From a virus (taxonomy: Duplodnaviria; Caudoviricetes): 46,196 nucleotides of DNA. The translations under genes were made by a program, and so were the position numbers. The notes beneath the pieces are model-generated. The model did no database searches and had not been told where the DNA came from. It saw only the letters and a program-made list of their open reading frames with translations. The stretch covers positions 1 through 46,196 of the IMG/VR virus record IMGVR_UViG_3300044487_000006; one strand, written 5' to 3'. Positions 25,532-36,050 of this stretch are shown piece by piece. Numbering within the stretch: position 1 is the first letter of the stretch; each line of letters opens with the position of its first letter.

Positions 25532-27797
25532 AGCGACCTCCCGAGGACTTCCTCCTGAAATGATACACGCGCAGTAGCAGGTCCACCAGCTCCACACCAG
25601 CCGAGAGCTTCTCCCGCACGATGTTCTGCGCGTCGAATACGCCCTGCACGGCCGGCGCTCCCGGGTTCGCTGCGGTGTTGAAGCCCAGCGACGCGAACAC
25701 CTTGCGCGAGCTACGCTCCTGCTCGTCAGTGATGGTCGCGTCTGCCGAGGTGAAGACCGGGAACCAGTTCACTGCGCAGGCGATCTCGATGTAGACAGCA
25801 GGAGGGCCGCCCACGCGAGAGATGGTCACTGCCGCGCCGAGCACCGGGCCGAGCGCGGTCTGGAGCATCGCCCAGTAGGAGCCCTCGTCGGGATACCAGC
25901 CCGGCGTGAGCTGCACCACGGTGTCCACGCCGCTGGGCTTCTTGACGATGACGCAGCTCCCGATGCCATCGTAGGGCACGTACCAGCCGGGCTGGTCGAA
26001 GAGGCGCACCTGAAGCGTCCTGAACTCCACGCGCTGCGCGTCGCTCGGCTCGAAGGCGAGCCCTTGGTACTGCTTGTACGCCGCACCACCACCGAAGGGG
26101 TCCACGCCGCCGATGAGGCCGAGCTGCTCAGGGATGAGCTGGCGCTGGATGATGAGCCGCCCGCCGTCCACCGCGAACTCGGCGACCAGCGCGTCCAGCT
26201 CGGTGGTGTGGAAGCCGCCGTTCAGCCCGTGCAGCATCTTGTCGTGGCCCACCTCGTCGAAGTCGTAGTTCTTGAGGATGGCTTCGAATGCAATCTGGTT
26301 ATCCTGTTCGCCATAGATGCCGTACAGCGCGGCGGTTGCGCCGTAGCCGCACGAGTCGTAGCCCTGCTGCCCATCAGCTTCCATGAAGACGAGGCCGGGC
26401 TCCCCGTTGTAGTGCGCGAGGATGATCTTTTCCTTGGCGTCCACCGACTGCCGCTTGGTGGTCATGAAGGGAATGCCGGGCACCGGAGTGGCGCGCGTCT
26501 GCACGGCCGGGATGTAGACTTGCGGCCCGAACCACGAGGCTTCGCCCGCGGTCTGTGGCGTGCCGTTGCGCAGGTCGAGCCACCACTGCTCGCCAAGCAG
26601 CAGCCGGTTCGCAGCGGTCCAGTCCAGCGTCTGCCCTGCGCTGTGGACCGCGAGCCGGTAGGTGCCAGTGTCGCGGTGGTAGACCGCGTACCACTGCCAC
26701 CGATAGGCAGGCGGGGTCTGGGCCAGCACTGGGCGGATCTTCGTGCCGATGGGACGCGGGAGCGCCCCACTGTCGTAGACCCACACGTCGTCCGGGCCTG
26801 CCCAGATGAGGCCGGTCAGCGTGGTGACGATGCTCTCCTGCGACGAGCAGCCGCACTGGTACTGCACCCGCTTCCACTGCGCGTCACCGAAGTACGTCTG
26901 CGGCGCGACCGGCACCTCGGTGGTCTGGAGCACGTCGCCGCTCTGGATGACGCAGCCCGTCTCGCTGAAGATGAGGAGGTTCGACTCCAGCGCGTTCGCG
27001 ACGCTGGTGACCGCGACCTCTTTCATCCCGGTGATGCGCTCGCCCTTCAGGCCGGGCACCCGGATGCTGCGCGTAGTGGAGCTGAAGTTCACCTGCGATC
27101 CACCCGCCACCTCGATGATGTCCGGAGTGAACCTGTCGGAGAAGACGATGAAGTCCTGATACGGCGCGTCGAATCCCGCGTACACCATGCGGTTCCGATA
27201 GGTGGTCATCACCTTGGGCGCATAGGCGTTGCCCGAGCCGTCGATGAACTTCAGCGTCATCGGGTGCGGCACTGGGGTCGTGCCGGGCGCACCCGCGTAG
27301 TAGTCCACGAACTCCATGTACTCGGTGAGGGGGTTCTTCTGGAGCCTGAAGATGCCGCCCTTCGCGACCTCATCGGAGTTGCCCGGATCGATTCTCCCGA
27401 GCGACACGTAGACATAGGCTCCGAACTCGACGATGCACGGGCGCAGGTCCTGCCACGCCACAGTCTTGTAGTTGCGCGCCTTGCCCGCTGCCGGGTCGCA
27501 CGAGGCGGTCACCCACGTGTTGACGCCATCCGAGACGACGGCAACGAAGCCCGAGTCTACAAGGCTGGGGAACAGCGCGTTGACTGGCGTGCCCGTGAGG
27601 TGCACGTGGTCATCGTTCTCGGTCTGGTTGAGATCGACGCCAGCGTAGAGGATGCAGCCCTTGCGCTTGTTCAGCTTCTGCGCAAGGTCGGGAAACAGGT
27701 TCTTGAGGCTGTACGCCTCGTCATCGCGAAGACGCAGGGGGTCAACGAGCCGGTTGACTCCGCCAGTGAGGAACACCTTCTTGTCTTCGTTCGCCAC
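25512..27797 (-). CDS. tail nozzle / tail tubular protein B-like (P22 gp10 / T7 gp12 class)
   Basis: 761 aa beta-propeller-like; N-terminal LTGGVNRLVDP...LKNLFP and GCSSQESIV motifs; follows the adaptor gene. Confidence 0.75.
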   Translation of the reverse strand: MANEDKKVFLTGGVNRLVDPLRLRDDEAYSLKNLFPDLAQKLNKRKGCILYAGVDLNQTENDDHVHLTGTPVNALFPSLVDSGFVAVVSDGVNTWVTASCDPAAGKARNYKTVAWQDLRPCIVEFGAYVYVSLGRIDPGNSDEVAKGGIFRLQKNPLTEYMEFVDYYAGAPGTTPVPHPMTLKFIDGSGNAYAPKVMTTYRNRMVYAGFDAPYQDFIVFSDRFTPDIIEVAGGSQVNFSSTTRSIRVPGLKGERITGMKEVAVTSVANALESNLLIFSETGCVIQSGDVLQTTEVPVAPQTYFGDAQWKRVQYQCGCSSQESIVTTLTGLIWAGPDDVWVYDSGALPRPIGTKIRPVLAQTPPAYRWQWYAVYHRDTGTYRLAVHSAGQTLDWTAANRLLLGEQWWLDLRNGTPQTAGEASWFGPQVYIPAVQTRATPVPGIPFMTTKRQSVDAKEKIILAHYNGEPGLVFMEADGQQGYDSCGYGATAALYGIYGEQDNQIAFEAILKNYDFDEVGHDKMLHGLNGGFHTTELDALVAEFAVDGGRLIIQRQLIPEQLGLIGGVDPFGGGAAYKQYQGLAFEPSDAQRVEFRTLQVRLFDQPGWYVPYDGIGSCVIVKKPSGVDTVVQLTPGWYPDEGSYWAMLQTALGPVLGAAVTISRVGGPPAVYIEIACAVNWFPVFTSADATITDEQERSSRKVFASLGFNTAANPGAPAVQGVFDAQNIVREKLSAGVELVDLLLRVYHFRRKSSGGRYEPKVA

Positions 27798-27800
27798 GTT

Positions 27801-28481
27801 TCACCTGAAGATCCGCGAGTCGAGAGTCAGCGTGTCGTTGACACCGGGCATCGAGCCGTACTTCAGCCGGTCTTCGAGGACCATCGCCTGTGTCAGCTTG
27901 GCCTCGTCCACGTAGTTCTCTGCCTTCCGGTACTTGAGGCAGTAGGCGTTGATGTGCTGCACCATCGTCCGGTCGTTGGGGTACAGCGGGATGTCGTCGT
28001 CCTTGCCGAGGAACGCGGGCCGCGCGTAGTAGCTGACGATGAGCAGGTAGTCCCTGTCGGCCTTCTTGCTGAAGCCGATACCCCACTTGCCAGCGACCGC
28101 CGAGTCAGCCAGCACGCGCGCCGTCTCGGGCCTGCCGCTGTACAGGTCCGAGAGTGCGGGGTGCCCCGCATCCCAGTCCGTCGAGACGCGAATGTTGTCG
28201 TAGACGGTCAGGTCGCTGGTGTAGATCTTGATGGGGTCGTTGATGCGCTGAATCTCCGTGGAGATGCCGCCCACGCCAGCACCGAGGATTACGTTGTCCG
28301 CCCCCGTCGCGAGAGCGATGGAGTCCTTCTCGCGACGGAGGAACGGCCAGAGGTAGCCATCGTACTGCGAGCGGAGCCAGAGGTTCAGCTCCATCCGCGC
28401 ACGAGCCAGCACGGAGTTGGGCTCCACGCCCGCCAACATCGCACCCTCGGTGATGATCTGCAAGCGAGTCAGCGCACCCAT
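27801..28481 (-). CDS. head-tail adaptor / tail tubular protein A-like
   Basis: LTRLQII...LN..L...WPF and GRPE patterns; size and position. Confidence 0.7.
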   Translation of the reverse strand: MGALTRLQIITEGAMLAGVEPNSVLARARMELNLWLRSQYDGYLWPFLRREKDSIALATGADNVILGAGVGGISTEIQRINDPIKIYTSDLTVYDNIRVSTDWDAGHPALSDLYSGRPETARVLADSAVAGKWGIGFSKKADRDYLLIVSYYARPAFLGKDDDIPLYPNDRTMVQHINAYCLKYRKAENYVDEAKLTQAMVLEDRLKYGSMPGVNDTLTLDSRIFR

Positions 28482-28513
28482 GGAGCCTCTCCTTTCTTAC
28501 TCCGAGAACTGCA

Positions 28514-29059
28514 TCAGCCGGCGATGGACCCCGGCCCGGGCAGCATCTCCTTGAAGCCGAACGGGTTGGCCTGCCGCGTGTTGTTCTCGTTGGGCGACAG
28601 GGTGCCCGAGTCGTGCATCATCACGCGACCGGTGCGCAGGTCCTCCTCGGCGTCCTCCCAGCGGGCGATCTCGTTCTTGAACGACACGCCGAGGGGCACG
28701 GGAATCTTCACCCCGTACCTCGGGCTCTTGTACCACACGCCGTTGAGCCCCTGCCCGGGGTAGCTGCCGAAGCGGCGCGGGTTCTGGGGGCCGACGTACA
28801 TCATCTCGTGCTTGCCCTCGCAGCCGGTCTTGATCTGCGCGCAGACGTGGCAGCGCTCGGTGTTCGGCGCGGGCTTGGCGTTCGCCTGCCGGTTGCCGGC
28901 CTGCATCGCCTGCACCGCCGCCATGGTCGCGAGCGGCAGCGTGTCCTTGATGGTGTTGCTGATGAGGTCCCCGACGTTCTTCTGGAAGTCGAGGTGCTGC
29001 TTCGTGATGTCGGCGAGCTTGGCCTCCAGCTCGGCGATCTTGTCCTTGTCTGACGCCAT
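28514..29059 (-). CDS. hypothetical protein in virion module
   Basis: AAGGAAGG RBS; N-terminal coiled coil and CHVC...C...H motif. Confidence 0.65.
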   Translation of the reverse strand: MASDKDKIAELEAKLADITKQHLDFQKNVGDLISNTIKDTLPLATMAAVQAMQAGNRQANAKPAPNTERCHVCAQIKTGCEGKHEMMYVGPQNPRRFGSYPGQGLNGVWYKSPRYGVKIPVPLGVSFKNEIARWEDAEEDLRTGRVMMHDSGTLSPNENNTRQANPFGFKEMLPGPGSIAG

Positions 29060-29091
29060 CTTTGCCTTCCTTGGTTGGTGAACTTCATCGA

Positions 29092-29119
29092 GCCCCTCAA
29101 GGCTCACACCTTGAGGGGC
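29092..29119 (-). terminator. hairpin after the major capsid gene
   Basis: GCCCCTCAAGG-N6-CCTTGAGGGGC, perfect 11 bp stem. Confidence 0.6.
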
Positions 29120-29138
29120 CCTAGCTGTTCACCACCCC

Positions 29139-30566
29139 TCAGAAGGTCGAGGGCAGCTCCAGCCGCAGACCGCGCGTCTGGTCGAGGATGCACGCCTTGG
29201 CGAAGAACTTGTAGCCGATGGTGCTCCGCTGGCCGAGCGGATCCGCCTTGTCAGGCGCTCCACCCGTGGTCAGGACCTGAAGGTCCTGAAGACCGACCCA
29301 CGCCAGCCACTGCTGGCCGAGCAGCCAGCAGGGGTAGATGTTGTCCGGGTCGGTGGCGTCGCCGCCCGACACGCGGTTGCTCGGGGGCGGGTTCGCGCCC
29401 GTGGTCGGCAGCGCGTTGACCACGTACACGCCCGACGCCGCCACGTTCTGCGCGACGAGGAACAGGTGCGCGTCGGTGCCGGTGTTGCCCGCGTCGGAGA
29501 AGTACAGGTTGTAGACGTACCCCCCACCAGTCGGGCTGGTCACGTTGGGGAAGGTGAAGGAGATGCCGTCGTTGTCGCCCGCACCGCCAGCCGCAGTGGT
29601 GTGAACGGCCGAGATGGCCTCCTCGAAGCCGCGCGTCAGGTCCTTGCGCGTCACCTTCCACTTGTACGCGGTCGCCGACACGATGCCGGCCGCCGTGCCG
29701 TCCACCATCGCGGTGGTGAGGCCAGTGATGCCGCCCGCGTCCGCGCCGAGGGCCGCCGCCGTGGTCTTGTTCCCGAGACGAGTGAACTTCGGCAGGAAGT
29801 TCGAGCCGACCCAGCGAACGCCGAGGTACGTGCCGACCTCGCCGTTGTACAGGTCCTGCTTGTCTTGGTACTGGTGGTACGCCGTCCACATGCCCGAGGC
29901 GACGGCGGTCGTCTCGATGTCGCGGACGATCTCGCCTCCGGTCACGCCGACGTAGTTGCCGCTGCCCCGGATGGAGCCGCTGAGCGGGCCAGCCGCCGCC
30001 TGCTCCTTCATGTTGCCGGGACCGTCACGCGGGGGCGCGCCAGCGTTCTCCAGCGTCAGCGTCGCCTTGTGGATGATCTTGTCGGTGATGGTCATCGACT
30101 GGGTGATGGTCGCCCGGGTCGTGACCGAACCGTCGCCGTACTGCACGTTGGTTCCCGACAGCATGACGATCTGCACCTCGCGGTCGATGACGCGCTGGGC
30201 GTTGTCGGCGAGGAGCTGCTGGGCGATCTGCGCCAGCGGGTGCAGCGTGGTGAGCTGCGCCACGTCGGTGATGGTCACCACGTCACCCCACTGGTCGAGA
30301 GCCGAGACGACAGTCTCGGTCGCGATGGTGGAGTTCGCCGGGGTGACGCCCTCGGAGAGCGGCACGAGCGGGACGTTCATGCGCTTGTAGCGGATGAACG
30401 TGGTCTGCGTGCCGGTGCCCTTCTCCTGCTTGACCTGACGGTCGCAGATGCTCGCGGCCACCATCTTCAGGTGGGCCACCTGAAGCAGCTTCGCGGCGAC
30501 CGCCTTGCGCTGGTCGCTCGAAGTCGTCGAGGAACTGATTGATGCGGTGAAATCCGGGTTCGCCAT
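29139..30566 (-). CDS. major capsid protein, N4-gp56-like
   Basis: PLSEGVTP, QWGDVVTITD, NGEVGTYLGVRWV, KADPLGQRSTIGYK; AAGGAG RBS. Confidence 0.92.
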   Translation of the reverse strand: MANPDFTASISSSTTSSDQRKAVAAKLLQVAHLKMVAASICDRQVKQEKGTGTQTTFIRYKRMNVPLVPLSEGVTPANSTIATETVVSALDQWGDVVTITDVAQLTTLHPLAQIAQQLLADNAQRVIDREVQIVMLSGTNVQYGDGSVTTRATITQSMTITDKIIHKATLTLENAGAPPRDGPGNMKEQAAAGPLSGSIRGSGNYVGVTGGEIVRDIETTAVASGMWTAYHQYQDKQDLYNGEVGTYLGVRWVGSNFLPKFTRLGNKTTAAALGADAGGITGLTTAMVDGTAAGIVSATAYKWKVTRKDLTRGFEEAISAVHTTAAGGAGDNDGISFTFPNVTSPTGGGYVYNLYFSDAGNTGTDAHLFLVAQNVAASGVYVVNALPTTGANPPPSNRVSGGDATDPDNIYPCWLLGQQWLAWVGLQDLQVLTTGGAPDKADPLGQRSTIGYKFFAKACILDQTRGLRLELPSTF

Positions 30567-30599
30567 TGTACTTCTCCTTCAAAAGGTGTGTACTGCGGA

Positions 30600-31415
30600 T
30601 CAGCCCTTCGACATCTCCCCGATGGAGAAGCCGTCAGGGTACTTCGCGTCCAGCTCCTTGTTCAAGGCGAACAGCTCCTTGGGCGAGAGCTTGTTGAGGT
30701 CGGGGATCTCTCGCAGACGCTCCTCGACCGGCTTCTGCTGGTTCGGCTTCGCCTGCTGCGTTCGGCCCCCAGCACCGGGGAGAACGTTGGCGTTCGCGTT
30801 GAAGCGCCCACGGTCGTCGCGGTTCTGCGTGGCCTCCTGCGCTCCGAGCATCCCCAGAGCCGCCTCACCAGCAGCGATGCGGAGCGCATCGTCGGGAGTC
30901 GCGTGAGCGAACTTCTGCTCGGGGTCGTTGCGCCACTGGTTCACCAGCTCGCTGACGCGAGCGGTGACGAGTGGGTTGTTGATCTTCGCCAGCTTCGGCT
31001 GGATGGACGCCAGCACCTGCGCGTCGCGGGCCGACAGGTTGGTACGGCTCATCGCGCCGGACATCTCGGCGAGCTGCTTCTTCAGCGGCGCGGTAGCCCG
31101 CTCCACCACCTTCTCCAGCACGGTGGCGACGGACGGGTCCACGCCCTCAGGCAGCTCGACGGGGGCCTCGGTCACGACCTCGCGGTTCTGGTTGCCGCGC
31201 ACCTGCGCGAGCAGCTCGTTGTTCTGGGCGATGAGCTGCTCGTTGATGCGCTGCGCGTTGTGGAACTGCGCGTTGATCTCGTCGATGCGAGCCTGCACCG
31301 CTGCCGGGATGCCCTCTGGCTGCTGCGGCGCTGGCTCTGCGGATCCGCCGCCTCCGCCGTTGCCATCCTCGGGACCCATCAGCATGATCGAACACAGCGT
31401 TCCGACGAACCTCAT
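30600..31415 (-). CDS. capsid scaffolding protein
   Basis: Helical low-complexity protein directly upstream of the capsid gene, with RDDRGRF motif; AAGGAG RBS. Confidence 0.7.
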   Translation of the reverse strand: MRFVGTLCSIMLMGPEDGNGGGGGSAEPAPQQPEGIPAAVQARIDEINAQFHNAQRINEQLIAQNNELLAQVRGNQNREVVTEAPVELPEGVDPSVATVLEKVVERATAPLKKQLAEMSGAMSRTNLSARDAQVLASIQPKLAKINNPLVTARVSELVNQWRNDPEQKFAHATPDDALRIAAGEAALGMLGAQEATQNRDDRGRFNANANVLPGAGGRTQQAKPNQQKPVEERLREIPDLNKLSPKELFALNKELDAKYPDGFSIGEMSKG

Positions 31416-31518
31416 GTGGATTTCTCCTTGCGCCCAAGAAAGGGTGGGCGGGACCCTATCTACAGCGAAGCGCAAGGAGCGCTGGTGGTCAACCCGCAAT
31501 CAATGCAGGGGTAAGGCG

Positions 31519-31797
31519 TTACCTAGAATCCTCCGCGAGGATCTGCTGGATGTTGGCCTCCAACAGCCTGAGCTGCCGCTCGGGCCAGTTGAGGACTGCG
31601 CGAGCCGTGTGGTACGCGCCGAGCTGCACCGCGGCCTGCTGCGCATTGTCGGCTTTGAGCATCAGCCCATAGCTCTCCTCGCGCGACGCTTTGAAGGTCA
31701 CCTCGAAGAGCTTCCACCCGTCGCTGTTGACGAGCTGCTCGATGGCGGCATGCATGCGCTGCATCGACTCCAGCGCTTCCTTGGTCTTCGCGTCCAT
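31519..31797 (-). CDS. small helical protein after the portal gene
   Basis: 92 aa, LVNSDGWKLF motif typical of post-portal genes in podoviruses. Confidence 0.65.
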   Translation of the reverse strand: MDAKTKEALESMQRMHAAIEQLVNSDGWKLFEVTFKASREESYGLMLKADNAQQAAVQLGAYHTARAVLNWPERQLRLLEANIQQILAEDSR

Positions 31798-33818
31798 CAG
31801 CCCATCCCTCCACCACCAGCGCCACCCATCTGGCCGGCCAAGTCGTCTGCGTTCTGCCGGACCTCCATGAAGTCCTCGGCCTCGCCGGGCTGGGCCTCCG
31901 TGCTACCCATGCCATCGAGCTGCTCCAGCGCGGAGCGCATGCGGTCCTGCTGCTCAGCCTGCACGCCACCGAGCTGGTCAGGCCGGGGCGGACCCATCTG
32001 CGGAACCGCCTGTGCCTTCTGGATGAACTCGTTGAAGCCCCGGAAGCCCATGCCGTCCACGTAGATCCGCCGGATGAGCGCCACGAAGTCCACCACGTAG
32101 CCCTGCTGCATCAGCAGCGGCACGATGGGCGACACCGCTTGGATGAGCTGCTGCGCCTGCTGCGTCCGCACTTGGTTGTTCTGCGCCTGCGAGCTGGCGA
32201 GGTAGCGGAAGTCCGCCTCGATGGCGAGGTCCTCAGGGGAGATCTGCATGGACTGCCCCGCCACAGTGGCGAGGACAGCCTGCTCGCGGAACTGCACCGC
32301 GTTCTTCCATCCACCCCACAGCACCGGCACCATCACATCGTTCTCGATGTCCTCCGTCACGTCCTGAAGCGGGAGCATCGCGTTGCGCTGGAGCACCTGC
32401 ATACCCGTCGCAGTCTTCGCGCCTCGGGACTGGGCGCTGCGGTCAGGGGGCGCGCCGCCCACGTCTTGGGCCATGCCGACCAGCATCTGGCTGTGCTGGA
32501 TGCCGTACTGCGCGGTGTCGATGGGCGGGCGGTCCCACTTCACGGCCTTGTCCACGTCGGACACGTACCACGGCACGCCGGGAGCCAACGGCCGGGGTGG
32601 GCCGACCATCATGCCCGGGTTGATGAGAGCGACCGGGTTCAGCGACATGATGCCGTTGTCGTTGGTCTGGTTGAAGAGGTCGTTGATCATCACTTGGAAG
32701 GGCTGCATCAAGCGGCCCTGCCCGTCGCCGTAGAAGAAGCCCGCCTCGTGGCCCATGCGCGCCACGGCGTACGGCGGCTTCTGGTGGAAGAACGGATTGC
32801 GGCGCACCTCCACGGGGATGCCATTGATGAGGACGATGCGCACCGGGATGGCGCAGTCGTCAGGCTCGCCCTCGACGTACTCGGCCGAGGGGAGGATCAT
32901 GAACGTCCACACCTCCGTGACGGTCACGATGCTGCCCGACGTGGAGATGCCGGTGTTCAGCGTCGGGGCGACGCCCTGCTGCTGGAGCATCTCGTTCCGC
33001 GTGAGCTGGTGGCGCGGGACGATGGCGGCCGACGACACCTCGTCGATGTTCTCCCAGCGGCCCGTCTTGCCCATCCGCTCGACGTACGACTGTGGCACGT
33101 CGATGTCCTCGAAGATGAGCGAGGCGTCGTCCAGCGACTCAGCCGTGGGCGGCCACACGTACCAGTACTGGAGCTTGCGCGCCGAGACGGCGAGGCCCTC
33201 GCGGATGACCTTGTTCATCCCGTACATCATCGGCAGGCCCGGGATGGTGGGCTTCTTCGAGCCGCCTTGGTAGGAGAGATCCTTCCTGTACCAGAACTTC
33301 AGCGGGCTGGTGCCGTAGTCCGCGAGCTGCGCGAGGAAGGGCTTGATGAGCGTGCGGAACTTCGCGTTGCGCTCCATCTCCCACTGCATGTAGTGCTTCA
33401 CGCGCTTGCCCGCCTCGGGGTCGGGGTTCGACTCGTCGCCGTTCACGCAGTCGAAGTAGTCGTCCGAGGGGAACAGCCCGCGCGAGAGCTGGCTCACGAA
33501 CTTCTGGCGCTCGCGCTTGTAGATGGGGAAGTACATGTCGGAGCGCCCCATGTACTTGCGCTTGGACGTGTGCTTCATGCGGTTCATCGAGCCGATCTCC
33601 GACCACTCGTCCTCCAGACTGATGCGGTAGATCCGCGTCTGGTCGATGAGCGGCACGAACTCCGTCAGGATGAACTGGCGGATCTCCGGGTCCGAGGCGT
33701 AGTTCTTCATCCCGGGCAGCTTGCCCTTGGGCTTCAGCGGGATGACGTTGCCGAACTGCACCGGCTCCTCGTTGGGCCCCTGCTCGACGAGGGGGTGCTG
33801 CATGTCCTGCTGGCTCAT
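31797..33818 (-). CDS. portal protein
   Basis: 673 aa after the terminase; LADYGT, RRNPFFHQKPPY, FYGDG, KTATG and a Gln-rich C-terminus. Confidence 0.88.
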   Translation of the reverse strand: MSQQDMQHPLVEQGPNEEPVQFGNVIPLKPKGKLPGMKNYASDPEIRQFILTEFVPLIDQTRIYRISLEDEWSEIGSMNRMKHTSKRKYMGRSDMYFPIYKRERQKFVSQLSRGLFPSDDYFDCVNGDESNPDPEAGKRVKHYMQWEMERNAKFRTLIKPFLAQLADYGTSPLKFWYRKDLSYQGGSKKPTIPGLPMMYGMNKVIREGLAVSARKLQYWYVWPPTAESLDDASLIFEDIDVPQSYVERMGKTGRWENIDEVSSAAIVPRHQLTRNEMLQQQGVAPTLNTGISTSGSIVTVTEVWTFMILPSAEYVEGEPDDCAIPVRIVLINGIPVEVRRNPFFHQKPPYAVARMGHEAGFFYGDGQGRLMQPFQVMINDLFNQTNDNGIMSLNPVALINPGMMVGPPRPLAPGVPWYVSDVDKAVKWDRPPIDTAQYGIQHSQMLVGMAQDVGGAPPDRSAQSRGAKTATGMQVLQRNAMLPLQDVTEDIENDVMVPVLWGGWKNAVQFREQAVLATVAGQSMQISPEDLAIEADFRYLASSQAQNNQVRTQQAQQLIQAVSPIVPLLMQQGYVVDFVALIRRIYVDGMGFRGFNEFIQKAQAVPQMGPPRPDQLGGVQAEQQDRMRSALEQLDGMGSTEAQPGEAEDFMEVRQNADDLAGQMGGAGGGGMG

Positions 33819-35335
33819 GTGCCGCTCCCGTAGGTATCCAACATCGGGTTGTACTCTAGCGTCACAGGCATGTCCTGCATAGCCGTTGCTAGTTCCTGCA
33901 CGCCGTAGATGTCCACGATGCCGTATCTGTCCGCGTCAACGGGGTGATCGTACACCCCATCCTTCACCGGCTCGTTGGTCTTCTCGTTGAGGTGGTAGCC
34001 ACCCGCCAGTGCGCGGATCAAGATGGGGCAACCCTCGCGGTCATACTGCAACACAGGCTCCTCCTCGACCACGCGCTCCAGCAAGAGGCGCATCACCTTG
34101 AGGCCCGTCTCGATGGTGTGGATCTGGTAGTTGAGCTGGATACCCATCTTCTGAAGCTCGATGAGCGTGCTGCCCGTGTCCTTCCGCTGGCGCGCAGCGG
34201 GGTCGCCATGGTCGATGAACTTGCCGTGGCCGGGGAACTTCTTGGCCTCCATCGTCCGCACTCGGCGCACAAATGGCTCGATCTCCTCGTTCTCCCCGAT
34301 GACCTCGTACAGGTGCAGGAGGCGGCCCGCCCAGTCGAACTGCGAGTACACCACGTAGGGGTGCCGGTAGCCGAAGTCCCAGAAGCGGAACAGCGGTTCG
34401 GTCTTCAGGTACTTCGTCATCAAGCCTTCACGCTCGTGCGTACCGCGCTTGAACTGCCGCAGCACCGGAGCGCCGGGCGCACTGAAGCCCCACTTGCCGT
34501 GGATCTTCCGGTCTTTCTCGTCTTCGGTCATGCCCTTCGCGGCACGCTCGTAGTAGTCGGCTGGCAGGTTCCGCTGGTTCTCCCCGTCGCCCGGGGTGAA
34601 CAGCTTGAAGATGGGGTCCTGAATCTTGCGGCCCTGCGGGTTGAACCCGGTACAGGCGAGGTAGATCCAATGGAACACATCGGTGGGGTTGAACGACATC
34701 ATGATGCTGTACATCGACGCGGGCTTGATGCCGAGCTGCTCCCACCACGTCGGCAGGTTGCGCATGAGGCTGTTCACTGCCGTGAACTTCTGCATCCGGT
34801 CGAACTCCGACGCCTCGTCGAGGGCGGCCCAGTCGAACTCGTAGGAGCCGCCCTCGCCGAGCATCTCCAGACCCGCGAAGGTGATGGTACTGAACTCGTC
34901 GGAGACGAGCGCGCCAGTCTCCGGGTGGTAGATGGGGTGCGCCTTGATGGTCCAGACCTCGGGTGGGTCTTTACTCCGGTCCACCAGCGTGCCCTTCGGG
35001 AGCCGGCGCAGCATCTCCTCGAAGCGCAGCTTGGTGGTCAGCTTGAGGTCGTTGTAGTCGTTGCGAGCCACGAGCCCCTTGGAGCCGGGCGTCAACAGGG
35101 CACGCATGAAGCCGACCGCTGCGATTGTGCTTGTCTTGCCCGAGCCCTTGCGGCCCATGAACGCCTTGAAGGGCGCGGGGTCGCGGAGGAACTGCCACTG
35201 CGTCGGACTGGCCTCGCGGAGGTGCTTCTTGCGTGGATCCATCAGGAGCAGGAACAGGTCGTCGTAGGAGATGACCTGCGGCTCCTCCACCTTGCGGCGA
35301 GCATCGCGGATCTTATCGGCTGTTGACTTGCGCAC
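33815..35335 (-). CDS. terL: terminase large subunit
   Basis: MGRKGSGKT (Walker A), AALDEASE (Walker B), SFNP, WDFGYRHP and DHPVDADRY nuclease motifs. Confidence 0.93.
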   Translation of the reverse strand: MRKSTADKIRDARRKVEEPQVISYDDLFLLLMDPRKKHLREASPTQWQFLRDPAPFKAFMGRKGSGKTSTIAAVGFMRALLTPGSKGLVARNDYNDLKLTTKLRFEEMLRRLPKGTLVDRSKDPPEVWTIKAHPIYHPETGALVSDEFSTITFAGLEMLGEGGSYEFDWAALDEASEFDRMQKFTAVNSLMRNLPTWWEQLGIKPASMYSIMMSFNPTDVFHWIYLACTGFNPQGRKIQDPIFKLFTPGDGENQRNLPADYYERAAKGMTEDEKDRKIHGKWGFSAPGAPVLRQFKRGTHEREGLMTKYLKTEPLFRFWDFGYRHPYVVYSQFDWAGRLLHLYEVIGENEEIEPFVRRVRTMEAKKFPGHGKFIDHGDPAARQRKDTGSTLIELQKMGIQLNYQIHTIETGLKVMRLLLERVVEEEPVLQYDREGCPILIRALAGGYHLNEKTNEPVKDGVYDHPVDADRYGIVDIYGVQELATAMQDMPVTLEYNPMLDTYGSGT

Positions 35336-36050
35336 TGCCCGCCTCCAGTTCCTTCTTCTTGGTGTCGCCCTCTACCACACGCTGCGCCCACGGGGGCAAC
35401 GTCTGGCCCGGCACGTTCTGGAGGATGAAGACCGGGGTCGCCTGCGCGGCTTCCGCCTTCTTGCGCTGGCCGGTCATGTCGAGGATGTCGCGCGCCGCCT
35501 CCCTGCGCTGGGTGTCGTCGCCGAGCTTCAACTGCCGCTCCAGCTCGGCGAGCGCATCGACGGACAGCATCATGCTGCGCTGCTGCACCCACTCCTCGGC
35601 CTTCTCGCCGACGAGGCCCTCGGGCACCTTGAAGAAGGCGCGCATCGCAGCCCAGCGCCCGATGCCATTCGCGAGCCGGACAATCTCCTCGCCCTTCTGC
35701 ATCTTCGCCGCTGCGCGCGCCTCCTTGTAGCCGGGCACCGTCTCAGGAATCATGGTGTCGATGACGGCATCCGCCTCTGTGGAGATCGCCTGCAAGGCCA
35801 GCGAGCGACTCTTCTTGGCGACGCCGCCCATGCGGCCAATCTCGGTGAACTTGCCCTTGTAGCCGTTCTCCACCACGCGGGGCCGCCGGTTGCCCTTGCC
35901 GCTTGCTGAACCCGCACAATGCACTGGGGTGCAGGTTCCTTGGTTGGTGCGGTGGGGGAGGCGGTGCCCCTTCGGGCAGCGGAGCTGCGACTCCTCCGTG
36001 CTGAACACCTCGGCGGGTGCGGTACGCGGTCTGCCGGGCTTCTTCTTCAT
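35313..36050 (-). CDS. putative terminase small subunit with N-terminal zinc-finger-like motif
   Basis: Directly upstream of terL; CPKGH...C...HC; RREAARDILDMTG helix. Confidence 0.6.
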   Translation of the reverse strand: MKKKPGRPRTAPAEVFSTEESQLRCPKGHRLPHRTNQGTCTPVHCAGSASGKGNRRPRVVENGYKGKFTEIGRMGGVAKKSRSLALQAISTEADAVIDTMIPETVPGYKEARAAAKMQKGEEIVRLANGIGRWAAMRAFFKVPEGLVGEKAEEWVQQRSMMLSVDALAELERQLKLGDDTQRREAARDILDMTGQRKKAEAAQATPVFILQNVPGQTLPPWAQRVVEGDTKKKELEAGSAQVNSR

